Positions 39,901-50,988 are shown, numbered from the stretch's first letter. The stretch: 52,586 bases of DNA from Catajapyx aquilonaris (GCA_000934665.2 JYFJ02005392.1:1-52586), one strand, 5' to 3'. Numbers and translations: made by a program. Notes: generated from the sequence alone by a model not told the origin.

Positions 39901-42900
39901 GGATATGAAGAAAACCCCTTGCCTATACGCACTACTCACTAAAATTGAATATAACCGCAAGGAAAAAAGACACGATATATTCCAGAATTTGTTTGGTATC
40001 CCTAATGGCCACAAAACTACATCACAGGAGTGTCACAATTATCAATCTCCATGAAGGGTGACAGACACTACCAACTAAAGTGTATGCAGCATAGCAACAT
40101 TGATTACTTACAGTACTTTCAGTTCTATTTATAATGAACAAATATTACGGGAATAATAGCTAATCGGAATAAGCATGTATCACAAAATAGTAGTGTATAG
40201 CCCTACTTTAACCTGTAACGTCCTATATAATTCGGTTGGATTAGTTTCCTTGACTATGAGGCGGGGTTTCGATCCCACGTAGCTTACTTGACCCACAAAA
40301 GTTAACCTCTAGATATTCAGAGTTATCTTAGGCACTACCATGTCTTTCAATTGTGGGCATGTCAAAAAAGGCACAATGACTATCCTCGTGTATTCTCCAA
40401 GGAAACTGTAATTGCAACTAGTGGCACTGATTTCATCATTTTTTGACAGGCATGGCTGGACGGAATTCGCAAAATAACGCACAACGTCAAATGTAACAAT
40501 ATCTGTCCCATGACCTGCCTCAAGAAGCAGTAAGTGAACTCGCAGGCAATTTTGCAATTAGATTGTCGTAGTAGATGTTGGTCTTTGCATGTCGTTTTTG
40601 TCGCATGCTGCCATGCCCTCCCAGCATCAAAAGGAAATCGACAAAGTAAAAGCGAAAGCGAATCCAGAGATATACTTGCAAGGGTCTTCGTCACGGAGGT
40701 CGACACGCAGATATCGATGTCGATGGGGTACTGTACCAGGACCTTTTTCAGACCGTCAGTTCCCTGATTGTAGTCTACTGTACATTGTTTCAGTATTAGG
40801 AGTTGTAAAAATAGAGTCAGTCGATAGATGTGAACGATAAGAGTTGGTGCATGTCTACATTGAAAGATTTGTATATTTGCATGTGAAGGCATGGCAAGAA
40901 GGGTTGCGGAAAATCACCCACAACTCAAAGATGAACAACGTGTGCCCTACGACCAACCTCATGAAACAGTAAGTAGAATGCGTGTTTTCCTAGTTGATGG
41001 ACATGTTCGATTTTATAGCTTCACTGGGCTTATTTATGAAGGTAGTACAGTGCTCAACCGTACGCTACACGAGAGTGAGGGAGTAATGACATGACAGCAG
41101 GGAGAATGAAGTGAGAGAGGAGTGGACTGCCTGTCTTCACATGTAATCATTCCTTGCACGTATAGGCCGATCAATTCACCGCTTATTCCTCTATCCCCAT
41201 TATGTCCCATTGCGTCCCACTTTTCATCAACTTTGTTACATTCTCGACTGCTCAGAATCAAAGTTGTTTCCTTGATTCGGTCACTTTGTTGTTATTCGAG
41301 CCCCTTTGCTTTTTCTCTGCTCTATAATAGCCTTTTCCACTTCAAGCCCTAGGTGGGAGTACAGCTTCTCCCCTATTCCCCTGGGGTAGGCGCCACCGTC
41401 CCCTTCACCAGTATATGATCAACTCTACTGATCATTCTCCTGATGGGTCTCTCCCTCCCTTCCACCATATGAAGGCGTCCAATTTCCAAACAAGTCATGT
41501 CTCTCAGGCACCCGGGGGGGAGTAGCCTCGAAAACCAAACATGTGAAAAAATTTCTCGATCAAAACTTTTGGTGCCCAATCCCCAGCCAAAATGATAAAC
41601 TTGTGAGAAAAGTTTCAACTCCACCTGGACCATTCCCTTCTCAGTGGCTCTTTGCATGCAGCAGACATGGGGTAACACTTTTTGCAACTTTTCCAGCTGG
41701 ATGCGGCTGTGCTTTCTGGTTGACCCCGCCTGCAAAGTTCCGGTCCGTGTTGTGGCTCGAACATTCGCCTCTGGGAAAACGGAGAAATTGGTTTATCAGT
41801 GCCTGTCCGAGCTTGATCTCCCTAATGGCAAGGTAAGACACTTCCTGTCAGCCAATGAGACACTGCCAATGTCAAAATTACATGTTGTGCCTCTTTCGCC
41901 TGCAGAACGATGTGATCGAACCGACAGACTTCACATACGATAAGTTTTACGAGCTGTACCACAAACTGTGCCCTCGTAACGACATTGAGGAACTCTTTCA
42001 GAGCCTGTATGTATCTGTAATATCCTGCAAGCTTTCAGAAAAATTTTAATCAGCTGTAATGTACGTTAAAAATATGGTGCTGTGGCCCCATTTTTCTTCA
42101 AATATAAATGCAATTAATATCTCATATAATTTATATTCATTTCTTCATATACGATATAAGAATTCCCTTTGATACGAAAATCACCGAATCTGTCAATTCC
42201 TCAGGTCACAGGGAAAAGCAGATTACATCGACGTAAGCCAGTTCATCAACTTCTTGAACGAAAAGCAGCGTGATCCACGCCTGAACGAAATCTTGCACCC
42301 CCTGTACGATGAGAAGCGTGCTGGCGAGATCATCTCCACGTACGAGCAGAGCGAAGAACATCGCAAACTCAGTGAGTCATATATGCTTCTACACCAACCC
42401 AAGCACAGTAAACTACAATATCCTTTCTTTGTACAGAGCGTCTGAGCAAGGACGGTCTAATCCGCTACTTGATGTCAGACGAGAATGCACCAGTGTTTCT
42501 GGATCGCTTGGACATTTACATGGAGATGGACCATCCATTACCGCACTACTACATCAACTCCTCCCATAATACCTACTTGATCGGGCGCCAGTTTGGTGGA
42601 AAGTCGTCTGTGGAGATGTACCGTCAGGTGTTGCTGGCAGGTTGCAGGTACAGTACATAATTATGTATACACGGTATGTCCGCATTATCGGAAGATCTGG
42701 AAAATCGATATTTAAATGTATAGTACGGTATATTAAAGTGCAGGCCACAAAGCGATTTCTATATTTTTTGCGAGTGCTTTTATTAGGTGTGGCGGAATTA
42801 ATCCACTTTGCATGTCATTACCGTGAACTCTGTAATCATTCATTTACTGCTTGGTTTCAGGTGCGTGGAATTGGATTGCTGGGACGGAAAAGGCGAGGAC

Positions 42901-45900
42901 GAGGAGCCAATAATCACGCACGGAAAGGCAATGTGCTCTGACATTCTTTTCAAGGTAACACCTTCACCACGTGTGTTTCCATCAAATGAAGGTGGAATTT
43001 CGAACTGACAATCTATTCTTCCAGGACGTTATTTATGCCATTCGCGACACGGCATTTGTGACTTCCGACTACCCTTTGATCCTCTCCTTTGAGAATCACT
43101 GCTGCAAGGCTCAGCAGCACAAGCTGGCCAAGTACTGCGATGAGATATTGGGCGATTTGCTCCAGAAAGAGCCATTGACTGAGTGCATGGTGGGTATAAT
43201 TGATTTTTGGCCATTTGACAACATTGTAATAACGGGGTCTATGCCATTAAAAGCTGGAACCAGGCCATCCTCTTCCTTCACCAAATCAACTGAAGCGTAA
43301 GATTTTGATCAAGAACAAGCGTTTGAAGTTGGAGGTGGAGAAGGTGGAATTGGATTTGTTTAAGAAGGGACAGTTTGTGATCAATGATGATGAGGAACGG
43401 GAGGACGCTTCTGCGCCTGCTGCTCCAATACCGATCGAGGAGAAGAAGGTTATTATTGGAAAGTATTATCGGAAATACAGCAATTAACGTGGATAAATCT
43501 TGCAGGAAGGAGAAATCGGAGAAGTACCTCCACCAGTGGTGACACCGTACACGGGATCCACCACTAATGTTCATCCATGGCTATCCTCCATGGTCAACTA
43601 TTGTCAGCCGATCAAGTTCCAGGGATTTGATGTGGCTGAACGTGAGTGCAACTCTACATATTGCAGATATGTTCCATAGACCTGTTGATAATCATGTTCT
43701 GTCCCACAGAACGAAACATGCATTACAACATGTCTTCCTTTGCGGAGACTACGGGTTTGGGCTACCTCAAGTCGCAGGCCATAGAGTTTGTGAACTATAA
43801 CAAGAGGCAGATGAGTCGCATTTATCCAAAGGGCACCCGAGCTGATTCCTCCAACTACATGCCCCAGATTTTCTGGAATGCTGGTTGCCAGATGGTCTCC
43901 CTGAATTTCCAGACTCCAGATGTGCCCATGCAGTTGAACCAAGGAAAGTTTGAGTATAATGGCAACTGTGGCTACTTGCTAAAGCCGGACTTTATGAGGC
44001 GTCCGGACCGAAACTTCGATCCATTTGCGGAGTCGCCTGTAGATGGTGTCATTGCTGCACAATGCTGCGTACAGGTATTTGTTTAAGAATAATCTCACCT
44101 GATGGGAGCCTAGACATGTGACGTACTAATTATCTAAATATTTATACTAAACTAGCAGGTTACCCGGCGTTGCCCGGGTATGTTATGGTGGTAGGCCTAC
44201 AATGTAATGAGGGCATTACCATGGAAATCTATGAATATTGTTAAATAGGTAATTGGCAATTGGTTACTTGGGAATATGCGTGTTATGGGTGTTAGGTACA
44301 TTTTCGGAAGCTGAAACATGCGGCATTAAATTCCTTGAAAAATGTAACTCCCGATATGCTAATTTAAGGCGGTGTAGGGGCCTTCCCCCGGATTTCTATA
44401 AGGGACAAACAAACTGACAAATTGACAAATTGACAAACTTCCTTATTTATAGAGATAGAGATGAATCTTCCATGTGCATTGGTCGCATTTTATTGCTAAT
44501 TTTTAAAGCTTTTGCAACAATAAAATTCAATCAAAGAACCTTCCCAGAAAATAATGTAAAGTGTCACAGAGCAGACCTGCTATGTTATACCTGTATAACG
44601 CCAAGGCTGCAACTATATCTCTTTTTCCACAAAAATGCTGGTCAACTAACCACGTTAATTTGTAGGTGATCGCTGGCCAGTTTCTCTCTGACAAGAAAGT
44701 GGGAACCTATGTGGAAGTGGATATGTACGGCCTTCCAACTGATACAATTCGCAAAGAATTTCGCACCCGTCTCGTCCCTGCAAACGGCCTGAATCCAGTC
44801 TACAATGAAGAAGCTTTTCTGTTCCGCAAGGTACTACATACAGCCTAAAAGTTGTATAGCTTACTAACCCAACCCAAGACCTGAATCTATACTGACACGA
44901 TCATTTTCTGAAGGTGGTACTGCCCGACCTTGCTGTGCTGCGTTTTGGCGTGTATGACGAAAATGGCAAGCTTCTGGGTCAGCGCATTTTGCCACTGGAT
45001 GGACTTCAGGCTGGTTATCGCCATATTTCTCTGCGTACTGAAGCCAACTTCCCCATGTCTCTTCCTATGCTGTTCTGCAACATTGAGCTTAAGATTTATG
45101 TCCCTGATGGCTTTGGGGGTAAGATATTCTGTAACCCTCTGTCTTGCGTAGGATGAAGTTGACAGAATAATAACACTGCAACAAAAATCAACTTTTTTCT
45201 TTCCATGGAAATTCATCGCTATTTCCATGTTCCTTAGGTCACTCGTAATTCATAATGACCATTCATTTTGTCGATTCGATTTGTTTTTGACCTCGGAAGA
45301 GGGGGAAAAAAACAACCAAAATCATCAAATACAGGTGTTTTTCCCAATCAAGTGGGCCTAAATGTTGCTAAACCATCTAGGACTTTGCTGGAAGAAATCA
45401 CAGCTGTACTATTCCGTAACACTTCATATCAAGTTTCATCCAAATTGCGCAATACAGTGGGGAGGAAAACAATTGCGTAATTTTGGAAATAGGGCCTTTT
45501 TTTGGATAATTTTTTCCGGTTATTGAAAGTGGTCAAAACCCAATCAACGTAGGCTATATACATCAAATGAAAGAGAAACGCGAGTAGAATGCGCCTATGG
45601 AAAAAAAATCTTCGAAAATGCACCCAGAAAAACGTGTGGCATTCCATCGGTCACATGCTCAGTCACATGTCCCAAGTATTTAGACCCCAGCCACATTTGG
45701 TAACAGGAGTTGTGACCTATACAAGATATAATATGTTCAGTTTCAATCCTGAGTCATGCCTGGCTCGCGAGAAAATAATATAAGGTGAAGTGGGGGAAGT
45801 GCACACACGGGGTAAGTGCACAGCTACATAGCTGACGCGTTTTGGTGTCGTCAGCCATTTTCATTCCAATATGGAGGCACAATATATGCACTTACCCCGG

Positions 45901-48184
45901 GTGTGCACTTCCCCCACTTCACCTTATTATAACTTATGTTTTGCAGATATGCCATTAATTTTCAAAGACCCAAATTCTTGGGCATGTGACCAATCGAATG
46001 CCACACACGTTTTTCTGGTTACGTTTCAGAGGAAACCAAATTTCATAGGCGCATTCTACTCATGTTTCTCTTTCATTTGATGTATGTGTTGATTGGGTTT
46101 TGACCACTTCCACTAATCGAAAAATATTATCCCAAAATGGCCCCATTTCCAAGATTTTGCGATTTTTTTCCCTTCCCACGGTATTTCGCAATTTGGCTGA
46201 AACTTGATATGCGATGTTATGGCATATAGTGTGTACAGCTGTGACTTATTTCACCAAAATTAGTGATGGTCTAGCAACATTTCGGCCCATTTTATTGGGG
46301 AAAACCCCTATATTTGAGGATTTTGGTTTTTTAACTGCCCCGAAGTCAAAACAAATCAAAGACAAAATGAATAGTCATTATGAGTTACGAGTCGACACCT
46401 AAAGAACATGAAAATTACGATGTATTTCCATAGACAAATATCGTGTTGCATAGTGTAATTTGTTTGGTGAAACTGATTTGTAGTCTATAGGCCTTCACTG
46501 TACAGTTGGCCAGTGGTAATGGTAGGAGTCTTCTGGCACAAATACAGAAAAAACTTTAAACATTTTGTTGTTCTTGGCCTCCGTATCATTGCTAATTATG
46601 ATATCAGTAAATCTCACAAAGTTATTAGCGGCACAATGTTATTGATAAAATTCACAGGAATTTAGCCAATCAAATGATAACTGGTTTTAAGCTGAATATG
46701 TTGGCACTTACTGTAAAAAGAAACTCAAATTAGTTGCATCAGAGTTAGAGCAATAGCAGATGTCTGCTGAAACCATAGAAAATAGTTTGAGCTGTTTTGA
46801 ATTGTTGTTCCATTTTGTTGTTCCATATTTTCAAAATGTTGATCATTTCTGATTTGTTTATCACAGACTTGATGGATGCTTTATCCGATCCACGCGCTTT
46901 TTTATCCGCCCAAGAAAAACGGGCCCAACAAATGAAAGCAATGGGTATTGAAGAGGCGGACATTGCAACTAAAGACCTGAAAGTGGCTGCTGGGGGTGGC
47001 ACAGGAGCCAAACCAGGCGGCCAGAGTGTCAAGGCCCAGGAAGAACATAGAGGTAGGTGCAAACACTACAAATAATGCTAACTTTTCACTAATACAGCAA
47101 GGAAGCTCTGCAGTGTTTGATGCAGCATAACAATGACAACTTGTGACTTTTACAGAGGAACTCAAGTTTGAAATCATCACTCTGGAGAGTCTCCGTACTG
47201 AGAAAGGGTTTGGCCGAGCTTTGAAGAAGCAGCAGAAGGAGCTAGAGGCATTGCGAAAACGTCAACAGAAGGAGAAAGCAATGATTCAGAAGCAGCAGTG
47301 TGCTGCCATTGACAAGATAGTGAAGGGGAGAAAGTAAGTGGCTAACATACTGTATTAGTGGAAACCCTTAACGTTACAATATCTGCAGGCCGCAAGACTT
47401 GATTCAAGATCCGGCTGTGAAACTGCTGGTAGCTGATCAGACCAAGCAGTGGACTTGCATGGTGGAGCGCCATCGCCAGGAAGAGTGGGAACTGATGCAG
47501 GAACAACTTCGTGCCCAGCAGCAAGTTCTCCGAAAGCTCATGGAGGTTGCTCAAGCAGCACAGCACAAACAACTCGATGCCAAGCATGATCGGTAAAAAT
47601 ACTGTAAAAATTCATCATCTCAGATTTGAAGGCATCTGCTGTGTATAGAGATGTAAATGAGCATTTGCCTCTGACATATCCTCAATAAGTTGAGGATGTG
47701 GGCATATTGGACAGTGCGTGCTATTGGTTTTGCCATCACAAATTATTTGCACTTGTGTGACAGCCAACCTCTCAGCATGTCACAAAAATGTTTGTATTTT
47801 AGAGAAAACAAGGAGATGAAGAGCAAACAAGCCAAAGTGTCGGTGGAGACAGCCAAAGAAGTGGGAAGTGACAAGACTCTTCGCAACAAGGCTGAGAAAG
47901 ATCGTCGCCTGAGAGAAAAAAATCAGAATAACACCAAGAAGTTCATTGAAGAGCGCAGGGTTGCTGCCATAAAACTGGCAAAGGAGAAGGAGAGACTGAG
48001 GAAGCAGCATGAGAAGCAGATGGAGGACCTGATGAGGGATATTCAGCATGTACGCTCTATTATAATGCTTTAATGAATGCCATGAGATTGACAATTTTTG
48101 TTTTCCTTCTTCCAGACTATCGAAATGTACAAGAATGAAGAGCTGGAGTTGCAGCTTGCACCAAAAGCAGAATTTTTTGTGTGA
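33890..48184 (+). CDS. norpA: Phospholipase C beta, NorpA/PLCB4 class (whole spliced gene: PH, EF-hands, X/Y catalytic barrel, C2, C-terminal coiled coil); 1091 aa
   Basis: 21 exon positions join in frame at GT-AG sites and sum to 3276 nt. Motifs: N-terminal [17 protein letters not shown]-box [11 protein letters not shown] and [15 protein letters not shown]-box [20 protein letters not shown]2 [12 protein letters not shown]. Recognised by close similarity to Drosophila NorpA. Confidence 0.96.
34053..34142 (+). CDS. norpA: PLC-beta coding exon 2 ([30 protein letters not shown]), PH domain
   Basis: ccag acceptor, gtaag donor, 90 nt, phase 0/0. Confidence 0.94.
34921..34980 (+). CDS. norpA: PLC-beta coding exon 3 ([20 protein letters not shown])
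   Basis: catag acceptor, gtgag donor, 60 nt. Confidence 0.95.
35118..35255 (+). CDS. norpA: PLC-beta coding exon 4 (DPRLLAQ...[11 protein letters not shown])
   Basis: ttag acceptor, gtgagt donor, 138 nt. Confidence 0.95.
39050..39580. mobile_element. Old foldback element in norpA intron 4
   Basis: Mirrored blocks tgtcgaacactctcgccacc/ggcggcgagaatgctcgaca, tttcgtctctt/aagagacgaaa, taccactgtac/gtgcagtggta; ends approximate. Confidence 0.7.
40450..40529 (+). CDS. norpA: PLC-beta alternative exon 5a ([27 protein letters not shown])
   Basis: ttttgacag acceptor, gtaagt donor, 80 nt, phase 0/2. Confidence 0.93.
40889..40968 (+). CDS. norpA: PLC-beta alternative exon 5b ([27 protein letters not shown])
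   Basis: gtgaag acceptor, gtaagt donor, 80 nt, phase 0/2; paralogous to 5a. Confidence 0.92.
41697..41832 (+). CDS. norpA: PLC-beta coding exon 6 (WMRLCFLVD...TFASGKTEK...LPNGK)
   Basis: ttccag acceptor, gtaag donor, phase 2/0. Confidence 0.95.
41906..42006 (+). CDS. norpA: PLC-beta coding exon 7 (NDVIEPT...[13 protein letters not shown])
   Basis: tgcag acceptor, gtatgt donor, phase 0/2. Confidence 0.94.
42205..42371 (+). CDS. norpA: PLC-beta coding exon 8 (SQGKADY...[15 protein letters not shown]...EHRKL)
   Basis: ctcag acceptor, gtgagt donor, phase 2/1. Confidence 0.94.
42437..42647 (+). CDS. norpA: PLC-beta coding exon 9 (start of X box; SSHNTYL catalytic His)
   Basis: tacag acceptor, gtac donor, phase 1/2. 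Confidence 0.95.
42861..42954 (+). CDS. norpA: PLC-beta coding exon 10 ([31 protein letters not shown])
   Basis: tttcag acceptor, gtaac donor, phase 2/0. Confidence 0.96.
43025..43189 (+). CDS. norpA: PLC-beta coding exon 11 (DVIYAIRD...[11 protein letters not shown]...EPLTECM)
   Basis: ttccag acceptor, gtgggt donor, 165 nt. Confidence 0.94.
43254..43448 (+). CDS. norpA: PLC-beta coding exon 12 ([22 protein letters not shown]...; start of X-Y linker)
   Basis: Purine-rich aaag acceptor, gttatt donor, 195 nt; frame continuity with neighbours. Confidence 0.88.
43506..43641 (+). CDS. norpA: PLC-beta coding exon 13 (EGEIGE...[29 protein letters not shown])
   Basis: tgcag acceptor, gtgagt donor, phase 0/1. 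Confidence 0.93.
43710..44074 (+). CDS. norpA: PLC-beta coding exon 14 (Y box)
   Basis: cacag acceptor, gtatt donor, phase 1/0; [34 protein letters not shown]. Confidence 0.96.
44152..44461 (-). mobile_element. Non-autonomous Helitron (~310 bp) in norpA intron 14
   Basis: On the - strand it begins with TC after A and ends with CTAG before T; subterminal hairpin tacccgg-cgttgc-ccgggta at 44161-44180; short gacaaatt repeats near the 5' end; no TSD. Confidence 0.85.
44666..44830 (+). CDS. norpA: PLC-beta coding exon 15 (C2 domain, first half)
   Basis: tgtag acceptor, gtac donor, 165 nt. Confidence 0.95.
44914..45118 (+). CDS. norpA: PLC-beta coding exon 16 (C2 domain, second half; ...IYVPDGFG)
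   Basis: ctgaag acceptor, gtaag donor, phase 0/1. Confidence 0.94.
45203..46433. mobile_element. Large foldback element with ~480-bp imperfect arms in norpA intron 16
   Basis: About 45203-45690 is the reverse complement of about 45950-46433, e.g. ctcgtaattcataatgaccattcattttgtc vs gacaaaatgaatagtcattatgagttacgag. Confidence 0.88.
45781..45926. mobile_element. Young short MITE nested in the foldback spacer
   Basis: Near-perfect 40-bp TIR taaggtgaagtgggggaagtgcacacacggggtaagtgca vs tgcacttaccccgggtgtgcacttcccccacttcacctta. Confidence 0.9.
46867..47052 (+). CDS. norpA: PLC-beta coding exon 17 ([12 protein letters not shown]...; proximal CTD, Galpha-q-binding region)
   Basis: cacag acceptor, gtaggt donor, phase 1/1. 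Confidence 0.92.
47156..47333 (+). CDS. norpA: PLC-beta coding exon 18 (distal CTD coiled coil)
   Basis: ttttacag acceptor, gtaagt donor, phase 1/2. Confidence 0.92.
47389..47592 (+). CDS. norpA: PLC-beta coding exon 19 (distal CTD)
   Basis: ctgcag acceptor, gtaa donor, phase 2/2. Confidence 0.92.
47803..48049 (+). CDS. norpA: PLC-beta coding exon 20 (distal CTD; ...[18 protein letters not shown]...)
   Basis: ttttag acceptor, gtac donor, phase 2/0. Confidence 0.92.
48116..48184 (+). CDS. norpA: PLC-beta last coding exon ([22 protein letters not shown])
   Basis: Strong polypyrimidine tract and ccag acceptor; TGA at 48182-48184; EFFV aligns with the NorpA EFCA tail. Confidence 0.92.
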   Translation, partial: TIEMYKNEELELQLAPKAEFFV

Positions 48185-48914
48185 AGGATTTGCTCTTTCC
48201 CCTCATGCATAGCATACACAGTTTGCTGTTCAGTATTACATTCACGTCAAACTTGTGCTCTAGTCAGGCTTCCACACCTTTTTCAATTGCCAATTCCTTT
48301 TTGCCAAATTCTTCCCAGAGCCAACTTCATAGCTATGCTGGATATAATACTTATAAGCATAGATGGCCACTACCCAGATGCATCAGTAGCCCTCTGGCCT
48401 GATACTGCTGCAGTTCATTTTTAAATGCGACAGGCAAAGATTTTGGCCTAATTACTGGCAAACAGTGTATCAACAAGACGATTGCATTTATAATCCTCCG
48501 GCCTCCTCTGTTTCAGATGGAAATGCACTAAATATGCTTAAGTAACCACCTTTCTCCCTTGCTGCCTGTACTAGTCTGAGGCAGAATCTCTATCCTTCTA
48601 GTCATAATTATTATATTGCATGTGTTGTTAGTTGCTGTTGAAATATTTAATGTGATTGTTGTGTGAATCCTGAAATGATACGATAAATTTCCACTGAAAA
48701 CCATTTCAGTAACAAGGTGATGAATGAGGATGTGAACAGATTTCTTTATTTTTATTTAATTTTATTTCACTGAGCTGAAAATATTGTGTTCTGAAATGCC
48801 ACATGATGGTGTAGAGTGCCAAAAAGTATGCACACCTTTTGTCCGGATTTAGTTATGACTAAGGTCAGGACCTCTGTGCACACATATGGTTTGATTAATG
48901 TTGTTGCACTATTA

Positions 48915-49510
48915 CAGCGGTTCTCAAACTGTGGGGCCCATCCCCCTGGGGAGGCGCGGGGCGAATCCAAAAATTGTGACTTGAAACAGGTGCAAAAATC
49001 GCACTGATTAGGTAAGAACTACTTCTCAGGGCTTACTGTAGCGTGCAGTTCTACACAATTTGTGCAGTTCTAAAAGCCAAATGTGCAGTTCTGAATAAGG
49101 ATTTGTGCAGACAGATAATAGCAGACAAGTCTGTTATATCCGGATTGGACATTTTCACTGCTGGAAATATGAAGGGACTGAACTTTCTACTTGCTTATAT
49201 CCGATGTGCTTACAGTATAGGAGGATTCCACTGTACTTTGTCAGTTACATTCACCTAAGCTTGTGTGACCTTGAACAAACAAAAATTTCGCCTGTGGCGG
49301 GCTTATTGGCACTTTTCTCATTTGCCCTATTACGACAAGTTAAACATGCCTTTATCCGGTTCTAAAAATTAATTAGAATAAGCTCTGGTATACTTCTGTA
49401 CATTCCTAAAATACGTGCTGGACTACTTAGTAGTAGTCGTAGTGCCTAGAGGGGGGGTTCTGAAATTACTTCCCAGGGGGGCCCGATGTGGCAAAGGTTG
49501 AGAACGGCTG
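48915..49510. mobile_element. hAT-superfamily (Charlie-like) MITE with 8-bp TSD
   Basis: TIRs cagcggttctcaa and ttgagaacggctg; TSD cactatta at 48907-48914 and 49511-49518. Confidence 0.93.
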
Positions 49511-50640
49511 CACTATTACTACTGTGTCGTCCGCATATCCTATTTAAAAATGTTTTATGGCCACTTTTGTTGCATGTGTATCAGAGAGAGCAGTTTGTTC
49601 CCTGCGGAGAATATAATACCATATGTAGACTGTGCCAAAAAAAATAAAACACACCAAAATACCATATTAGGCCCAAGGTGTAGAGATCGAATGAGAATGT
49701 GGTGACTAGATCATCTCTTGAATGAGTCCATGTGAGAGTGTAGGGATCAAAATATTTTCATACCCAAAATTTAGATCTCTTTGTATATAACTGTCGAGCA
49801 TGAATCATAAAATGAGGATGGAAGTTGTAAAGATGGTGGAGTTCCTTCTACCCTGGCATTGTTTTCGTTATCAGCATTTCAATGTTGTGGTCATTCTACC
49901 ATGTTTTGTGTCTTCCTCCAATATTTCCAATCTGTTTCTTTGTGTTGGAGGAGTAATTCCATTCCATTAAAATTCGTGACGTCTTTTCTATGGGAAAGTG
50001 CAAACCTATGGTAACGCGACCATATCGAAGTGTTTGGATGTGTACCATGGTTCATTTTATTAATTGCTTATTCATAATATCGGCATTGTCAGTCGTCTTT
50101 TTAATAGTTTGACCACCGTTTGGGACCACTGGCATCAAGGTGTCACTGAATTTTGACCGTCAATCCTGAGCATAACAGGATGTGCATCAGCAAATTAAAA
50201 AGCTATTGGTTACAATGCTACTTTCTGAGGTAGAAGTCAATAAGGATATTAGGTTTTGACTTTTCCATTTTTACCCTGTTGGTAACATCCTGTCTCTTGT
50301 TAACCTTGGATTTTGACCTCCACAAACCGTGTGCCAAATCATTGCTTTAATGTCTTATTCTGTGGATTAAAGCATAATAAATCTGTACCCTATATAAAAA
50401 TATTGTTTTCATGAATGTGGTCACAATTTTAATACAAGAGCTCATGTCACAACTGTAATAAAAAATTCTGCGTATCTGCCTCTAAAATTAGAAATTTTAA
50501 TGATCATTACTACAACTGTGCATCGAGGTAAAGGAGTATAAATGAGGGTAAAAAAACCAAACTCTTGATATGAGCTCTTTTTTGACTGTGACCATGGATT
50601 GCCCTCTTCTTTTATAGGAAAAATTATGTTGTGTACAATA

Positions 50641-50749
50641 TGTACTATATCGCTCAAAAACATAAGACGATTTTGCATTTGACTCACGTGCAACCTGCAC
50701 TTGAATCAAATGCAAAATTGTCTCTTATGTTTTTGAGCGATATAGTACA
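50641..50749. repeat. Near-perfect ~109-bp palindrome (MITE-like hairpin)
   Basis: tgtactatatcgctcaaaaacataaga..ttttgcatttga vs tcaaatgcaaaa..tcttatgtttttgagcgatatagtaca. Confidence 0.9.
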
Positions 50750-50988
50750 GTGTACACATTGAATAAAATATGGCAATCTGACATGGTGATAATGATCATC
50801 ATATACAGAATGACAGCTCATCCAAGGTGCAAAAATAATATTCACGCAGCTGGTGATGCTTCAGAGGTATATAGATAGCGTGAGTAGGCTCTACATTTTT
50901 CAAAGTATAGTACATTGTATACATACTGGGGCTCTACTTGGTTGTTACTTGTTAGTAGTCTTTCACATTTGAGTACCGTACACGTATA

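Noticed and set aside
40530..41696. Docking/selector base-pairing for exon 5a/5b choice
   Set aside because: By eye I found only short mismatched complements (e.g. tgctgccatg vs catgacagca), which is insufficient without comparative data.
40380..48094. Minus-strand ORFs overlapping norpA exons
   Set aside because: They are antisense shadows of coding exons, with no independent splice or homology support.
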